64,000 nucleotides of DNA from contig JAHJCU010000005.1 in the NCBI GenBank assembly GCA_018812925.1, forward strand, positions 70,957-134,956. Reading direction: 5' to 3'. The notes below the pieces were generated by a model. That model was given only the letters and a program-made list of their open reading frames with translations. It did no database searches and had not been told where the DNA came from. Shown one piece after another: positions 46,739-56,860 of this stretch (position 1 is the first letter of the stretch; each line of letters begins with the position of its first letter). The stretch comes from Candidatus Omnitrophota bacterium. Its GTDB lineage: Bacteria; CAIJMQ01. A program made the position numbers and the translations under genes.

Positions 46739-48915
46739 AAGCTCTAATCTGGAAAGAATGGCGGGAACAGCGGATTTTTCTACTTATGGCTGTAGGACTT
46801 CTTTTGTGTATTGCTATTATAAATATTGTATATCTTAATATTCCTTCTCAAGTTGCTACACAATCTTTACATGAAGAACTTTTGCGTAGATTAGACAATA
46901 TTAATTATTCTAATCTTTTTTTAGGCTGGGTAATTCTGCCAGCGCTTTTTGCTTTTATTTTAGGAGCAGTCTCCTTTGTAAAAGAATTTTCAAACAACAC
47001 GCAGGATTTTCTAATTCAAAAACCGATTACTACGGCAAAAATATTCTGGGTAAAATTCTTCTTTGGTATTTTTCTTCTTTTATTTATTATTCAACTATGC
47101 CATATAGTTCTATGTGTCCCTTATTCTTCTTTCAAGATGCAAATGTCACTTCCTGATTTTCAATATCCTACTCCCCTCATTATGTTTTATTTACTATCTC
47201 TTTTAATATACTCTTCTACATTCTTTTCTTCTCTGTTATTAAAAAAAGAATTACCTGCAATACTTTTATCGCCACTTATAATAGTGTTTGGGCTATTATG
47301 TTTATTACCCCTTTATCTAATTTCATTTATTATTCTACCTTCGGAACAATTGCAATTTCTATTCTCAGGAATAGGGGACGACATTACGTTTTATTATTTC
47401 CCGACTGCCATTTTGTTAACAAGTTTTGCGCTATTTGGCTCTCTGCTATGGCAGAAGGCAATTTCGAAAGGAATTAAAGCAACTAAGATATTTTTTACCG
47501 TTACAGGAATAATTTTCGGAATTTATTTTGTGACGTATACGATTTTAAATATTTCTGCGGGATTGGAATTATCCAAAACACTTAAGCAAGTAAAAGCACA
47601 GGGGATAAAAATGACACTGGAAGACATAATCCCGCCGCCTGTTCCTGATGAAGAAAACGCCGCTTTGGTTTATCAAAAAGCTTTTGATTTAGTGGAAGAA
47701 TTAAATAAGGAATATAAGGATAAATGGGAATACTTGCCTTGGGTTTATAATACTAGATATTCTTTTGATAGGGAAGGAATCTATTATTATAACAATGATG
47801 GTAAATTGGAAGAGTTAACTCCAGAACAAAAGAAAGCTTTTAGTCAATTGTTATTTGAAGATACCGATTCTATTAACATTTTTTCTTTAATAGAAAAATC
47901 TGTTGATTTTCCTGCCTGCCGTTTTGATATAAAGTATGAAGACGGCCCGGCAATGTTATTACCTCATATCCAGAAGATGCGGCAATTGTCAAGATTTGTA
48001 GCGTTTCGCACATATCTATTAACCGATGAAAAGAAATACCAAGAAGCTTTCAATTCGGCTTTTGTCGGGCTTAAATTAGGAGAATCCCTAAAAGATGAAC
48101 CTTTTCTTACACATCAACTTGTTAGAATAGCTTTGAATGGAATTGCTGCAGCATCCTTTCAGCCAATTATCAGCATCTCCCCCGAAGAGATTTCGATTAA
48201 AGATTATCAGAATTTAATTGCGGAAATAGACAAAAAAGAAAATAAATTAACAAAAGGATTGGAAGCAGAATTGGCATTTATAAATACCTTTATATTTAAA
48301 AAACTACTAACAGGTAATCTAGAAGAATTATATGAGGGGGGTATTTTTGGAGAACCGGGGTCAACAACATCAAAGTTGTTCTTAATATTCTATAGTTATC
48401 TTGGAAGGCCCCTGCTAAAGCAGGATTGTGCTTTCTATGTACATTATTTAATTGAATCAATGAGTTTATCTCGTCTACCTTATTACCAAACGAAAGATAG
48501 ACTTTTAGAATGGGATAAGAAATTTTGGAGAGATAGATGGCAATATAAATATTCAATCAGCGCAATGGTTATGCCTGCATTGAATCGCTGTCAACTTAAC
48601 CAAGCTCGGGATAATGCCCAGCTTGACGGGTTAAAAATTGCTCTAGCTTTAAAAATTTATAAGAAAAAGAATGGTTCTTATCCTAATAACCTTACGGCTA
48701 TTGTTCCAGATATTATTTCAGAATTACCACTTGACCCATTTACTGGTGAAAACTTTATCTACAGAAAAGAAGGGGAAGGTTTTATTGTATATAGTGTTGG
48801 AGAAAATGAGACGGATAATAACGGCGTATACGAGCCAAAATATCGGCTACAACGTCGGCTACCGTTCTTAAAGGGAGAAGAATATGATGATATTGTCTGG
48901 AAGTGCAAAGAATGA
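46735..48915 (+). CDS. Polytopic membrane protein (ABC-2-type permease-like N-terminal ~270 aa) with a large extracytoplasmic C-terminal domain ending in a pseudopilin/GspG-like motif.
   Basis: Six to seven hydrophobic helices in residues 10-270. The C-terminus 'LPLDPFTGENFIYRKEGEGFIVYSVGENETDNNG' resembles the GspG pseudopilin C-terminal 'DPWG..Y.Y...G..DL.SLG.DG' signature. The start overlaps the GntR stop. Confidence 0.45.
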   Translation: MKALIWKEWREQRIFLLMAVGLLLCIAIINIVYLNIPSQVATQSLHEELLRRLDNINYSNLFLGWVILPALFAFILGAVSFVKEFSNNTQDFLIQKPITTAKIFWVKFFFGIFLLLFIIQLCHIVLCVPYSSFKMQMSLPDFQYPTPLIMFYLLSLLIYSSTFFSSLLLKKELPAILLSPLIIVFGLLCLLPLYLISFIILPSEQLQFLFSGIGDDITFYYFPTAILLTSFALFGSLLWQKAISKGIKATKIFFTVTGIIFGIYFVTYTILNISAGLELSKTLKQVKAQGIKMTLEDIIPPPVPDEENAALVYQKAFDLVEELNKEYKDKWEYLPWVYNTRYSFDREGIYYYNNDGKLEELTPEQKKAFSQLLFEDTDSINIFSLIEKSVDFPACRFDIKYEDGPAMLLPHIQKMRQLSRFVAFRTYLLTDEKKYQEAFNSAFVGLKLGESLKDEPFLTHQLVRIALNGIAAASFQPIISISPEEISIKDYQNLIAEIDKKENKLTKGLEAELAFINTFIFKKLLTGNLEELYEGGIFGEPGSTTSKLFLIFYSYLGRPLLKQDCAFYVHYLIESMSLSRLPYYQTKDRLLEWDKKFWRDRWQYKYSISAMVMPALNRCQLNQARDNAQLDGLKIALALKIYKKKNGSYPNNLTAIVPDIISELPLDPFTGENFIYRKEGEGFIVYSVGENETDNNGVYEPKYRLQRRLPFLKGEEYDDIVWKCKE

Positions 48916-48932
48916 TTGCCAGGAGGTGAAAA

Positions 48933-49826
48933 ATGACAGAATTTGCGATTGAGACAAAAAATCTAACGAAAAAATATACTCTCCACAAAGAAGCAGTTAA
49001 GAATATTTCTTTAAAAGTCCCCAAGGGTTCCGTGTATGTATTTTTAGGAAGGAACGGCGCCGGGAAAACTACTACTATCAGAATGCTTTTGGGATTACTG
49101 CAAAAAACATCTGGCGAAATTGAAGTGTTAGGATATGACCCCGATAAGGAACCAGTTGCTATTAAGAGAAAAGTTGGCTACGTTGCGGATAACCAAAAGA
49201 TGTATGATTGGATGAGTATCGGGGAAATTATTAACTTCACTCGTTCTTTTTATCCTGATTGGGATGACGAACTTGAGAGAAACCTTCTTGAGCAATTTGA
49301 ATTATATCCAAAGATGAAATTAAAAGACCTTTCAAGAGGGATGTACAGCAAAGTTGCGCTTCTGCTTGCTCTTTCACATCAACCGGAACTTTTAATTCTT
49401 GATGACCCAACATCAGGTTTAGACCCGGTTGTAAGAAGACAATTCCTGCAGGGAATAATTGAAGTAATACATCAGCAGGAACGCACCGTATTTTTCTCCA
49501 CGCATATCGTTACCGAAGTAGAACAAGTTGCCGATTGGGTGGGAATTATTAACGATGGGGAACTTATTCTTTCTCAACCTATGGAAGAATTGAAGAATTC
49601 GGTTAAGAAGATTCGACTTATATTTGAAGATAAAGTACCGAAATCTGTCGTATTTCCCAACATCTTAAAGAAAGAAACAAGCGGGCACGAAATGATTTTT
49701 ACAGTCAAGGATTTTGGTCCTGAAACGCTAAAGTCATTTACGAAATTTAATCCCAAAAACACTGAAGTTCTTGATTTAAACTTAGAAGAAATTTTTATTG
49801 CATTGGTCGGGAAGAACAAAAATTAA
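48933..49826 (+). CDS. ABC transporter ATP-binding protein.
   Basis: Walker A 'GRNGAGKTTT', signature 'LSRGMYSKVALLLAL', Walker B 'LLILDDPTSGLD'. Confidence 0.8.
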   Translation: MTEFAIETKNLTKKYTLHKEAVKNISLKVPKGSVYVFLGRNGAGKTTTIRMLLGLLQKTSGEIEVLGYDPDKEPVAIKRKVGYVADNQKMYDWMSIGEIINFTRSFYPDWDDELERNLLEQFELYPKMKLKDLSRGMYSKVALLLALSHQPELLILDDPTSGLDPVVRRQFLQGIIEVIHQQERTVFFSTHIVTEVEQVADWVGIINDGELILSQPMEELKNSVKKIRLIFEDKVPKSVVFPNILKKETSGHEMIFTVKDFGPETLKSFTKFNPKNTEVLDLNLEEIFIALVGKNKN

Positions 49827-49847
49827 TTTCCTGTCTTTTTCTATCTA

Positions 49848-50369
49848 TTATCTGCTTTCTGTCTTCCCCGCCTGCCAGTCTTTGGCGGGCAGGTGTTCTC
49901 TGTCGACAAGGCTTACAATAGAAATGCAGGCAATACCTTCGCCGTTACCTAAAGCGCCTAAGCCTTCGGGCGAAGTGGCTTTTATGTTGATTTTGTTTCC
50001 GGGAATTTTAATGATTGAGTTGAGGCTTTCTTTTATTTGTTCTCTGTAAGGGGAGACTTTGGGCTCTTGAACTATAATTGTCACATCTAAATTATTCACC
50101 GCAAGATTTTTCTTTTTCATTATTTCCAATACTTTCTCCAACAGTTTTAAAGAAAAGATATCTTTATATTCGGGGTCAGTGTCGGGAAAGTGTTCTCCTA
50201 TATCTTTCTCGCCCATAGCGCCTAAAATGGCATCGCAGATGCAGTGAGTAACCACATCGGCGTCGGAATGCCCCAACAATCCTTTTGAATTCGGTATTTG
50301 AATACCGCCGAGGATAAGTTTGCGTCCTTTTTGCAACTTATGAATATCGTAACCTAGCCCTATTAACAT
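49848..50369 (-). CDS. ispF: 2-C-methyl-D-erythritol 2,4-cyclodiphosphate synthase.
   Basis: 'IGLGYDIHKL', 'GGIQIPNSKGLLGHSDADV' and 'GDAILGA'. The ORF caller extends it to 50393. Confidence 0.85.
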   Translation of the reverse strand: MLIGLGYDIHKLQKGRKLILGGIQIPNSKGLLGHSDADVVTHCICDAILGAMGEKDIGEHFPDTDPEYKDIFSLKLLEKVLEIMKKKNLAVNNLDVTIIVQEPKVSPYREQIKESLNSIIKIPGNKINIKATSPEGLGALGNGEGIACISIVSLVDREHLPAKDWQAGKTESR

Positions 50370-50561
50370 AGTCATAATAAAATTAAATATCAAAAATCAA
50401 ATATTAAATATACATATAGAAATTTAAAAAGATAAAGCAAGCCAAATAAAATTTTATTAGTTGTCTTTTTTAATATTAAGCATCCCGTATCAAGAATCTT
50501 GTTTTTTATTTTGAATTTTAATATGTCATTTTGCATTTTACATTTTGATTTTTGCATTTGT

Positions 50562-51368
50562 TCACCAGTTCCCTATTTCAAAGATAGCTTCGGCAAGAAT
50601 TAAATCTTCCGGAGTTGTTATTTTTACATTGAAGGAGCTTCCTTCCACTATTTTTACAGGATGAGGCAGTCTTTCAACAACGCCCGCATCGTCCGTGGCT
50701 TGGAACCCCTCTTCTGCTGCCTTTTTATATGCTTTCATTATCAAAGAATATCGAAAAATCTGAGGTGTTTGCACAAGCCATAACCCTTTTCGGTCCTGTG
50801 TAGATTTAACCTCGTTTTTTTCGTTTACATTTTTCAATGTATCTCTAACGGGTATAGCGCATATAACCGCACCGAATTTTCCTATATGTTTGATTATATT
50901 ATTAAAGACAGAAGCCGTTATAAAGGGCCTAACTCCGTCATGGATTGCAACTATTTGTGTTTTTTTATCCAAACTTTGCAGTCCGTTTACAACCGATTCG
51001 CTGCGTGTTTCGCCTCCGGCTATTATTTTCTCTACTTTTTTTATATTGAACTTATCAATTATTTTCTCCTTGCACCAGTCAATTCTGTCTTCACTAACTA
51101 CTAAAGTTATGGAATCAACTGCTGGAATTTTGGATAAATTGATTAATGTGTGAGCCAAAATTGGCTTGCCTTCTAGGGGCAAATATTGCTTGGGCAGGGA
51201 ATGGTTCATTCTTGTGCCTTTTCCGGCTGCCGCGATAATCACCGAGATTTTGTCTTTATCCCGTAAGAATTTCTCGTTTGATGACGGCGGGGAACTCATA
51301 ACTTCCGAATCTTTTAACTTTTTCACCCCTCTGTTATTGGAGGGAAAATTCCAACGGGATTTATCCAT
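50562..51368 (-). CDS. ispD: 2-C-methyl-D-erythritol 4-phosphate cytidylyltransferase. The start is uncertain; an internal Met at ~51299 is more typical.
   Basis: 'ISVIIAAAGKGTRM', 'KQYLPLEGKPIL' and 'VAIHDGVRPF'. Confidence 0.8.
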   Translation of the reverse strand: MDKSRWNFPSNNRGVKKLKDSEVMSSPPSSNEKFLRDKDKISVIIAAAGKGTRMNHSLPKQYLPLEGKPILAHTLINLSKIPAVDSITLVVSEDRIDWCKEKIIDKFNIKKVEKIIAGGETRSESVVNGLQSLDKKTQIVAIHDGVRPFITASVFNNIIKHIGKFGAVICAIPVRDTLKNVNEKNEVKSTQDRKGLWLVQTPQIFRYSLIMKAYKKAAEEGFQATDDAGVVERLPHPVKIVEGSSFNVKITTPEDLILAEAIFEIGNW

Positions 51369-51993
51369 TTTCCATTCTTTCCTTTACTTTCATAAGACGA
51401 ATAAAATTTTCTCTTTCTATTTCGGATAACCTGAAAGAAATATAAGAAATAGTTTCTTTTATATCGGGTATCATTTTATATTCCAAAGCGTTAACTTTCC
51501 TTCGCGTTTTTTTTATTTCTTCACCGATTAATAGAATCGCCTTTTCTACTGAAGCCAATTCCAGCATTTTAGGAGTTATGTCCTCTAAGATTCTCAAACA
51601 CGAATCAAGTTCTCCCGTAGTGTTGCTTACACCGTATTGCATTAAATTCAATTTAGAGTGAGCCCCTTTTTTGATACGCAAAAAAGGCAGTCGCAGATTA
51701 AATATCGCTTGTTCTTCTTTTTCAATTTCTAAAATATCGGTGCGATTAATTAGAGCTTCACCTATATCGTTTAATTGGACTTGTCCTCTTGCCAATATAT
51801 AGAAAGAGAGTAGCTTAAGCCAATTTTCTTCAACTTCATCTCTTAATGTATCTCCATTTTTTGCAAAACTCAAGAATTTGCCGACAAGTTCATCTAATTT
51901 ATCTCTAAGAAGTTTGCAACCGCGTCGAGCCAAATCCAATCTTTTGCGCAGCAGCAAAAGCTCCATTCTTGTGGCGGAAACATTAAGTTTCAT
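51361..51993 (-). CDS. V/A-type ATP synthase subunit D homolog (orphan).
   Basis: 'MKLNVSATRMELLLLRKRLDLARRGCKLLRDKLDEL' and C-terminal 'IGEEIKKTRRKVNALEYKMIPDIKETISYI' match the V-ATPase D-subunit N- and C-terminal consensus. No other V-ATPase subunits are adjacent. Confidence 0.7.
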   Translation of the reverse strand: MKLNVSATRMELLLLRKRLDLARRGCKLLRDKLDELVGKFLSFAKNGDTLRDEVEENWLKLLSFYILARGQVQLNDIGEALINRTDILEIEKEEQAIFNLRLPFLRIKKGAHSKLNLMQYGVSNTTGELDSCLRILEDITPKMLELASVEKAILLIGEEIKKTRRKVNALEYKMIPDIKETISYISFRLSEIERENFIRLMKVKERMENG

Positions 51994-52059
51994 ATTTTTA
52001 TTTGAGATTCCAGATTTAAAATTAAAAATTCGAGAATCTTTAATCTTCAATATAGTATT

Positions 52060-53385
52060 TTATTTTTCAAAAACATTAACAAAAAATCCCGTAGGAACTT
52101 TTGGATAAAAATATGTGGCTTTACCGGGCATCCTTTCTTGCCGATTTGCTACGAGTTTTACTTCTTCCACCTTTGTAGGATTTAGGAGAAATGCTATCTG
52201 ATAAGTGCCGTTTTTAACTAAATCTATGGCCTTATATCTATCAACTTCATAGGCAAGACGCAAAGTATCTTGAAGTTCCTTTTCTTCATATCCCAAGATG
52301 TGGGAAAATATTAAAGAATGTAATACTGACACGTCTAAATGCTTCCACGCAGGAGAATGCTGCTGCATTTTGCCTAATAGTTTCTTTTCATTTTTGGATA
52401 CGAAGAGCAATGTTTTGATTGCGCCGTTATCGTTATGTACTACGCCGAAAGCGTGTCGGCTATGCCCTTCTTCTCGGATAAGTTTAAAGCTTTTATCTAT
52501 ATCGTTTAGGGGAAGTTCTTTTATAAAGAAAAAGTCACAAGCTTTATTGTTAAGTTTTTTCCAATCATCTAGGCTAAAATCTTTTAATAGTCGATGGGCA
52601 GGAAAAATCTTTAAACTATCATCCTCCATAGGAGAAATATAGGCCAAAATCCATCTATTGTAATCCTTCTTATTTTCTTTCCAAAATTTCAGAGCCGTTT
52701 CATATCTATGGTGACCGTCTGCGATGTATAATGTTTTTTGCTTTATTATTTCCTTAATTTTATCATTGGTTTGAAGATTGGAAATTCTCCATAGGGTATG
52801 TTTTTTGCCCAAAGGATGAGGGAATCCTTTGGGAATATATTTAGAGTTTTTTCTTTCCAACGGAACAAAATCGGCAAAAGTAGACTCTTCTTTGTTTTGT
52901 TCAAGCGATTTCATTACTTCATTGTTTTCATCCGAATAGATTAAGAATATCGGCGAAAGGTTGGTGCGTGTGGCGTTTAAAAGCTTGAATCTATCTTCTT
53001 TTGGAGAAGAAAGTGTATTTTCATGCGGCAGAATTTTCCCGTCCGCGAAATCCTCAAGTCGTACAAGAGCAAAAAATCCTTTTCTTAATAAATTCTCATT
53101 ATTAGCCAGAAAATGCTGGTGATACAGGTAGAAAGAAGATTTATCTCCTTTCATAAAAATCCCATCTCTTAACCATTCATTTAGCATAGAAGCAGAGTGT
53201 TGGTATTTATCCTGATTTGTGGTTTCTTTTGGAAGAATGAGGTTGATAATATTATGCTTTCTTGCATAATATTCCTCTCTTTCCTCAATAGGAATAACAT
53301 CGTACGGAGGCGCAATAACTTGCGAAAGACTTTTTATCTTATTGGGATTATAAAAATATCCGTTAAAAGGTTTTATTTCAGCCAT
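52060..53385 (-). CDS. Conserved hypothetical protein (possibly DUF1015-like).
   Basis: 441 aa. 'MAEIKPFNGYFYNPNKIKSLSQVIAPPYDVI' is my recollection of the DUF1015 N-terminus, with low certainty. Confidence 0.4.
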   Translation of the reverse strand: MAEIKPFNGYFYNPNKIKSLSQVIAPPYDVIPIEEREEYYARKHNIINLILPKETTNQDKYQHSASMLNEWLRDGIFMKGDKSSFYLYHQHFLANNENLLRKGFFALVRLEDFADGKILPHENTLSSPKEDRFKLLNATRTNLSPIFLIYSDENNEVMKSLEQNKEESTFADFVPLERKNSKYIPKGFPHPLGKKHTLWRISNLQTNDKIKEIIKQKTLYIADGHHRYETALKFWKENKKDYNRWILAYISPMEDDSLKIFPAHRLLKDFSLDDWKKLNNKACDFFFIKELPLNDIDKSFKLIREEGHSRHAFGVVHNDNGAIKTLLFVSKNEKKLLGKMQQHSPAWKHLDVSVLHSLIFSHILGYEEKELQDTLRLAYEVDRYKAIDLVKNGTYQIAFLLNPTKVEEVKLVANRQERMPGKATYFYPKVPTGFFVNVFEK

Positions 53386-53411
53386 TTTTAAAAGTGATAA
53401 ATCTGAAAAGG

Positions 53412-54689
53412 TTATGTTTTTTCAATTTTCGTTTTTCCGTTCATATAAGGACGCAGGACTTCAGGAATAAGAATTGAGCCGTCCTCTTGCTGGTAGTTTT
53501 CTAATATTGCGATAACTGTTCTTGCCAAGGCCACGCCTGAGCCGTTTAATGTATGTAAATATATCGGCTTTCCGCCGCCTTTAGGTTTATACTTTGCGCT
53601 TATTCTCTGCGCCTGAAAATTCGTGCAGTTTGAGCATGAAGATACTTCTAAATATCTTTCTAATCCGCTTGCCCAAAGTTCGATATCGTAACATTTTGAG
53701 GCGGAAAATCCCATGTCGCCGGTGCAGAGTAAAATTATGCGATAAGGCAATTTTAATTTTTGAAGAATATCCTCGGCGTTTTTCAACATTGATTCAAGTT
53801 CGTCAAAAGAATTTTCCGGTTTTACAAATTTTACCATCTCTACTTTATCGAATTGATGAACCCTGATAAGTCCTTTCGTGTCCTTACCGTAAGAACCCGC
53901 TTCTCTCCTGAAACAGGGAGTGTAGCCGGTATAATATATCGGCAAATCTTCTTCTGGGAATGTCTCGCCCGCATGCAGATTAGTTAATGGAACTTCTGCC
54001 GTGGGAATGAGAAAATAATCCTCTTTCTCAATATGATACATATCTTCTTCCAATTTCGGCAGTTGTCCCGTGCCTGTCATGGTAGCGCGGTTAGCCAGAA
54101 ACGGCGGCGATATTTCGGTATATTTATGTTCTTTTGTATGAACATCCAGCATAAAGTTGATTAAAGCTCGTTCCAATAAAGCACCCATACCTTTGTATAA
54201 AGGGAAATTGCTGCCGACAATTTTCAGAGCTCTCTCAAAATCGATAATATCCAAATCTTTTGCCAACTGCAGATGGTCTTTGGGCGAAAAATTAAACTTA
54301 GGAATTGTTCCCCACTGGCGAATCACTTTGTTGTCTTTAGCGTCTTTGCCGACTGGAACCGAAGAATGAGGGATATTAGGAATAGTTAGTAAAACGGGAT
54401 TAACCTTATCTTCTATCTCTTTGACTTGTTTATCAAGTCCTTTTATTTGTTCCGAGACATCTCTCATCTCATCTTTTAATTTTTCGGCGTCTTTGCCCTC
54501 TTTAATCAACTTGCCGATATCATCCGATTGAGTATTTCGTTGATGTTTAAGAGTTTCTACTTCGCTAAGCAGTTTTCTTCTTTCTTCGTCGGATTTAAGC
54601 AATTCATCTATATTTACTTTCATGCCTCTATCCCTCATCGCTTTTTTTACTACTTCAGCGTTACTTCTTATATATTCCAGTTTTAACAT
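53412..54689 (-). CDS. serS: Serine--tRNA ligase.
   Basis: N-terminal coiled-coil arm, and class II motifs '[25 protein letters not shown]' and '[10 protein letters not shown]'. Confidence 0.9.
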   Translation of the reverse strand: MLKLEYIRSNAEVVKKAMRDRGMKVNIDELLKSDEERRKLLSEVETLKHQRNTQSDDIGKLIKEGKDAEKLKDEMRDVSEQIKGLDKQVKEIEDKVNPVLLTIPNIPHSSVPVGKDAKDNKVIRQWGTIPKFNFSPKDHLQLAKDLDIIDFERALKIVGSNFPLYKGMGALLERALINFMLDVHTKEHKYTEISPPFLANRATMTGTGQLPKLEEDMYHIEKEDYFLIPTAEVPLTNLHAGETFPEEDLPIYYTGYTPCFRREAGSYGKDTKGLIRVHQFDKVEMVKFVKPENSFDELESMLKNAEDILQKLKLPYRIILLCTGDMGFSASKCYDIELWASGLERYLEVSSCSNCTNFQAQRISAKYKPKGGGKPIYLHTLNGSGVALARTVIAILENYQQEDGSILIPEVLRPYMNGKTKIEKT

Positions 54690-54720
54690 AATTTACCTCA
54701 TCGGCACTTTTTAAAAAAGT

Positions 54721-56166
54721 TCAGCCCTTTATCACACCCAAAGGTTTCATTTTTGCTACTTTTTGCGATATCCCTGCCTTATGAACTATATCCACAACCA
54801 TATTTATATCTTTATACGCTTCAGACATTTCTTCTGCAAGTGTGTTTTTGTTCCTAGCCCTTACTGTAATGCCTTTTTCTTCCATTTCCCTAAAAATCGA
54901 CCTGCCTTCGGCAATCTTTATAGCCTTATGCCTGCTCATAGTTCTTCCAGCTCCGTGACAAGTACTGCCCCATGTTTCTTCAAAGGCTTTTTGTGTACCG
55001 GCAAGTAAATAAGACGCTCTTCCCATATCACCCGGAATTATAACAGGTTGGCCTATACTTTTATATTTTAATGGGATATCAGGATGATTCGGCGGAAAAG
55101 CTCTTGTTGCGCCTTTGCGATGGACGCAAAGAAGAGTTTCTTTCCCATTGACCTTATGTTTTTCTAACTTGGCAATATTATGCGCTACATCGTATATCAG
55201 TTCCATACCCAAATCCTGCCACTTCTTGCCGAAAAATTTTCCAAAGGTTTCTCTTACAAGATGCATAAGTATCTGCCTATTGCACCACGCATAATTAGCC
55301 GCAGATGCCATAGCTGAAAAATAATCTTTTCCCTCGGGTGAATCTATGGGCACGCTTACGAGTTGTCTGTCGGGGAGTTTAATTCCGTATTTAGATACTA
55401 CTTTTTGCATAATTCTCAAACTATCGTCGCATATCTGATGACCCAGTCCTCTTGAGCCGGAATGGATCATAATCGTAATTTGGTCTTTTTCTATCCCGAA
55501 AACTTTTGCTTTTTGTTCATCATATATTTCATCAATCTTTTGTATTTCCAGAAAATGATTGCCTGAACCTAACGTGCCGCTTTGATTTTTGCCTCTTTCA
55601 TAAGCCCTGGGGCTCACTTTATCCGGATTAGCGCTCTGCAAACATCCACCTTCCTCTGTATTTATTATGTCATCTTCTACGCCATAACCTTGTTTTACTG
55701 CCCATTTTGAACCATCTTTTAGAAGTTCTTTTTCCTGTTGAGGCGAAACTTTTATTTTGCCGCCTATGCCTACGCCGCAGGGAATATTAGTAAAAAGAGC
55801 ATCCATTAAGGCAGGAATTTTATTTTTTATATCTTCTGTTTTTAGATTGGTCTTGAGTAAACGAATCCCACAGTTAATGTCGTAGCCTACACCGCCGGGC
55901 GAAATAACTCCGCCTTGTTCTGGGTCTGTTGCCGCAACACCGCCGATAGCAAAACCATAACCCCAATGTGCATCAGGCATAGCGAACGAATGCTTAACGA
56001 TTCCCGGAAGACATGCTACATTTGCAACTTGTTTCATTACTTGTTCTTTTTCAAGAGACTGCATCATTTTTTCATTGGAATAGATAATTCCCGAAACGCG
56101 CATTCCTTCGACATATCCTTTGGGTATTTCCCATCTATAATCGTCAATTTTCTTAAGATTTGCCAT
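54721..56166 (-). CDS. rtcB: RNA 3'-phosphate/RNA-splicing ligase RtcB.
   Basis: 'MPDAHWGYGFAIGGV', 'NHFLEIQ', 'HSGSRGLGHQ' and 'HNIA' metal/GTP motifs. 481 aa. Confidence 0.9.
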   Translation of the reverse strand: MANLKKIDDYRWEIPKGYVEGMRVSGIIYSNEKMMQSLEKEQVMKQVANVACLPGIVKHSFAMPDAHWGYGFAIGGVAATDPEQGGVISPGGVGYDINCGIRLLKTNLKTEDIKNKIPALMDALFTNIPCGVGIGGKIKVSPQQEKELLKDGSKWAVKQGYGVEDDIINTEEGGCLQSANPDKVSPRAYERGKNQSGTLGSGNHFLEIQKIDEIYDEQKAKVFGIEKDQITIMIHSGSRGLGHQICDDSLRIMQKVVSKYGIKLPDRQLVSVPIDSPEGKDYFSAMASAANYAWCNRQILMHLVRETFGKFFGKKWQDLGMELIYDVAHNIAKLEKHKVNGKETLLCVHRKGATRAFPPNHPDIPLKYKSIGQPVIIPGDMGRASYLLAGTQKAFEETWGSTCHGAGRTMSRHKAIKIAEGRSIFREMEEKGITVRARNKNTLAEEMSEAYKDINMVVDIVHKAGISQKVAKMKPLGVIKG

Positions 56167-56301
56167 ATTTTTATTGAGATTTTAGGGATATTATATCAGA
56201 CCCACCTGTTCACGAAAAGAAGAGGGGAATTGAGAAATGCCTTGATATCTATCTATTAAACTTTCTTATCTTGTTTTAAAACTCTGTAAAAACAATTTTT
56301 A

Positions 56302-56853
56302 TTATTTCAAAAAATTATTGAATTTTTTTAATAATCCTTTTTGATCGTCCATCTTACTAAACTCTAAAAGCCATTTCCCAATATATTTAAAATCGATTTT
56401 ATTTTTGTTCTTGGTTAATATATTTTTCACATCTTCTTCGTCAATGGCTCTGCCCGCAAACATTTTGTGAATAATAACATCTTCGCAAGAAGCGAATTTT
56501 ACCGGATAGCCATCAATTAAAACTTTCTTTGCTTTTTCTATGGCCTGTTTCTCATACGGCATAAAAGAGAAAATAAAATCTATTCTTATTTTTAGTTTGC
56601 TTTCTTCAACGGGCAAGACATTAGTGCTTTTTGCAAAACCTTCGGGATTTTTAGGGAGAAGCTCGAAGTTTAATTTCTTGCACAGGTTTTTAATTGAAAG
56701 AAATTTATCTACATCAATACCTAAAGTTATATCTATATCCCGTGTTAAGCGAGGTGTTCCGTATAGTAAAACGGCTTGACCGCCGATAATCATATAAGGG
56801 ATTTTTTCTTTATCTAACTGCTGTGCCGTTTTTCTTATTAATTTTTCAAACAT
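56302..56853 (-). CDS. Pol-beta-superfamily nucleotidyltransferase-like protein (possible TA/abortive-infection-type nucleotidyltransferase).
   Basis: 'IGGQAVLLYGTPRLTRDIDI' fits the hG[GS]-x9-13-DhD minimal nucleotidyltransferase motif and is reminiscent of the AbiEii 'GGTAL...R.S.DID' pattern. 183 aa. Confidence 0.4.
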   Translation of the reverse strand: MFEKLIRKTAQQLDKEKIPYMIIGGQAVLLYGTPRLTRDIDITLGIDVDKFLSIKNLCKKLNFELLPKNPEGFAKSTNVLPVEESKLKIRIDFIFSFMPYEKQAIEKAKKVLIDGYPVKFASCEDVIIHKMFAGRAIDEEDVKNILTKNKNKIDFKYIGKWLLEFSKMDDQKGLLKKFNNFLK

Positions 56854-56860
56854 TTAACTT

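Noticed and set aside
52060-53385. Whether the 441-aa protein next to the orphan V-ATPase D gene is itself a V-ATPase component.
   Set aside because: No similarity to the A, B, C, E or I subunits. Its N-terminus resembles what I recall of DUF1015, so it was left as a conserved hypothetical.
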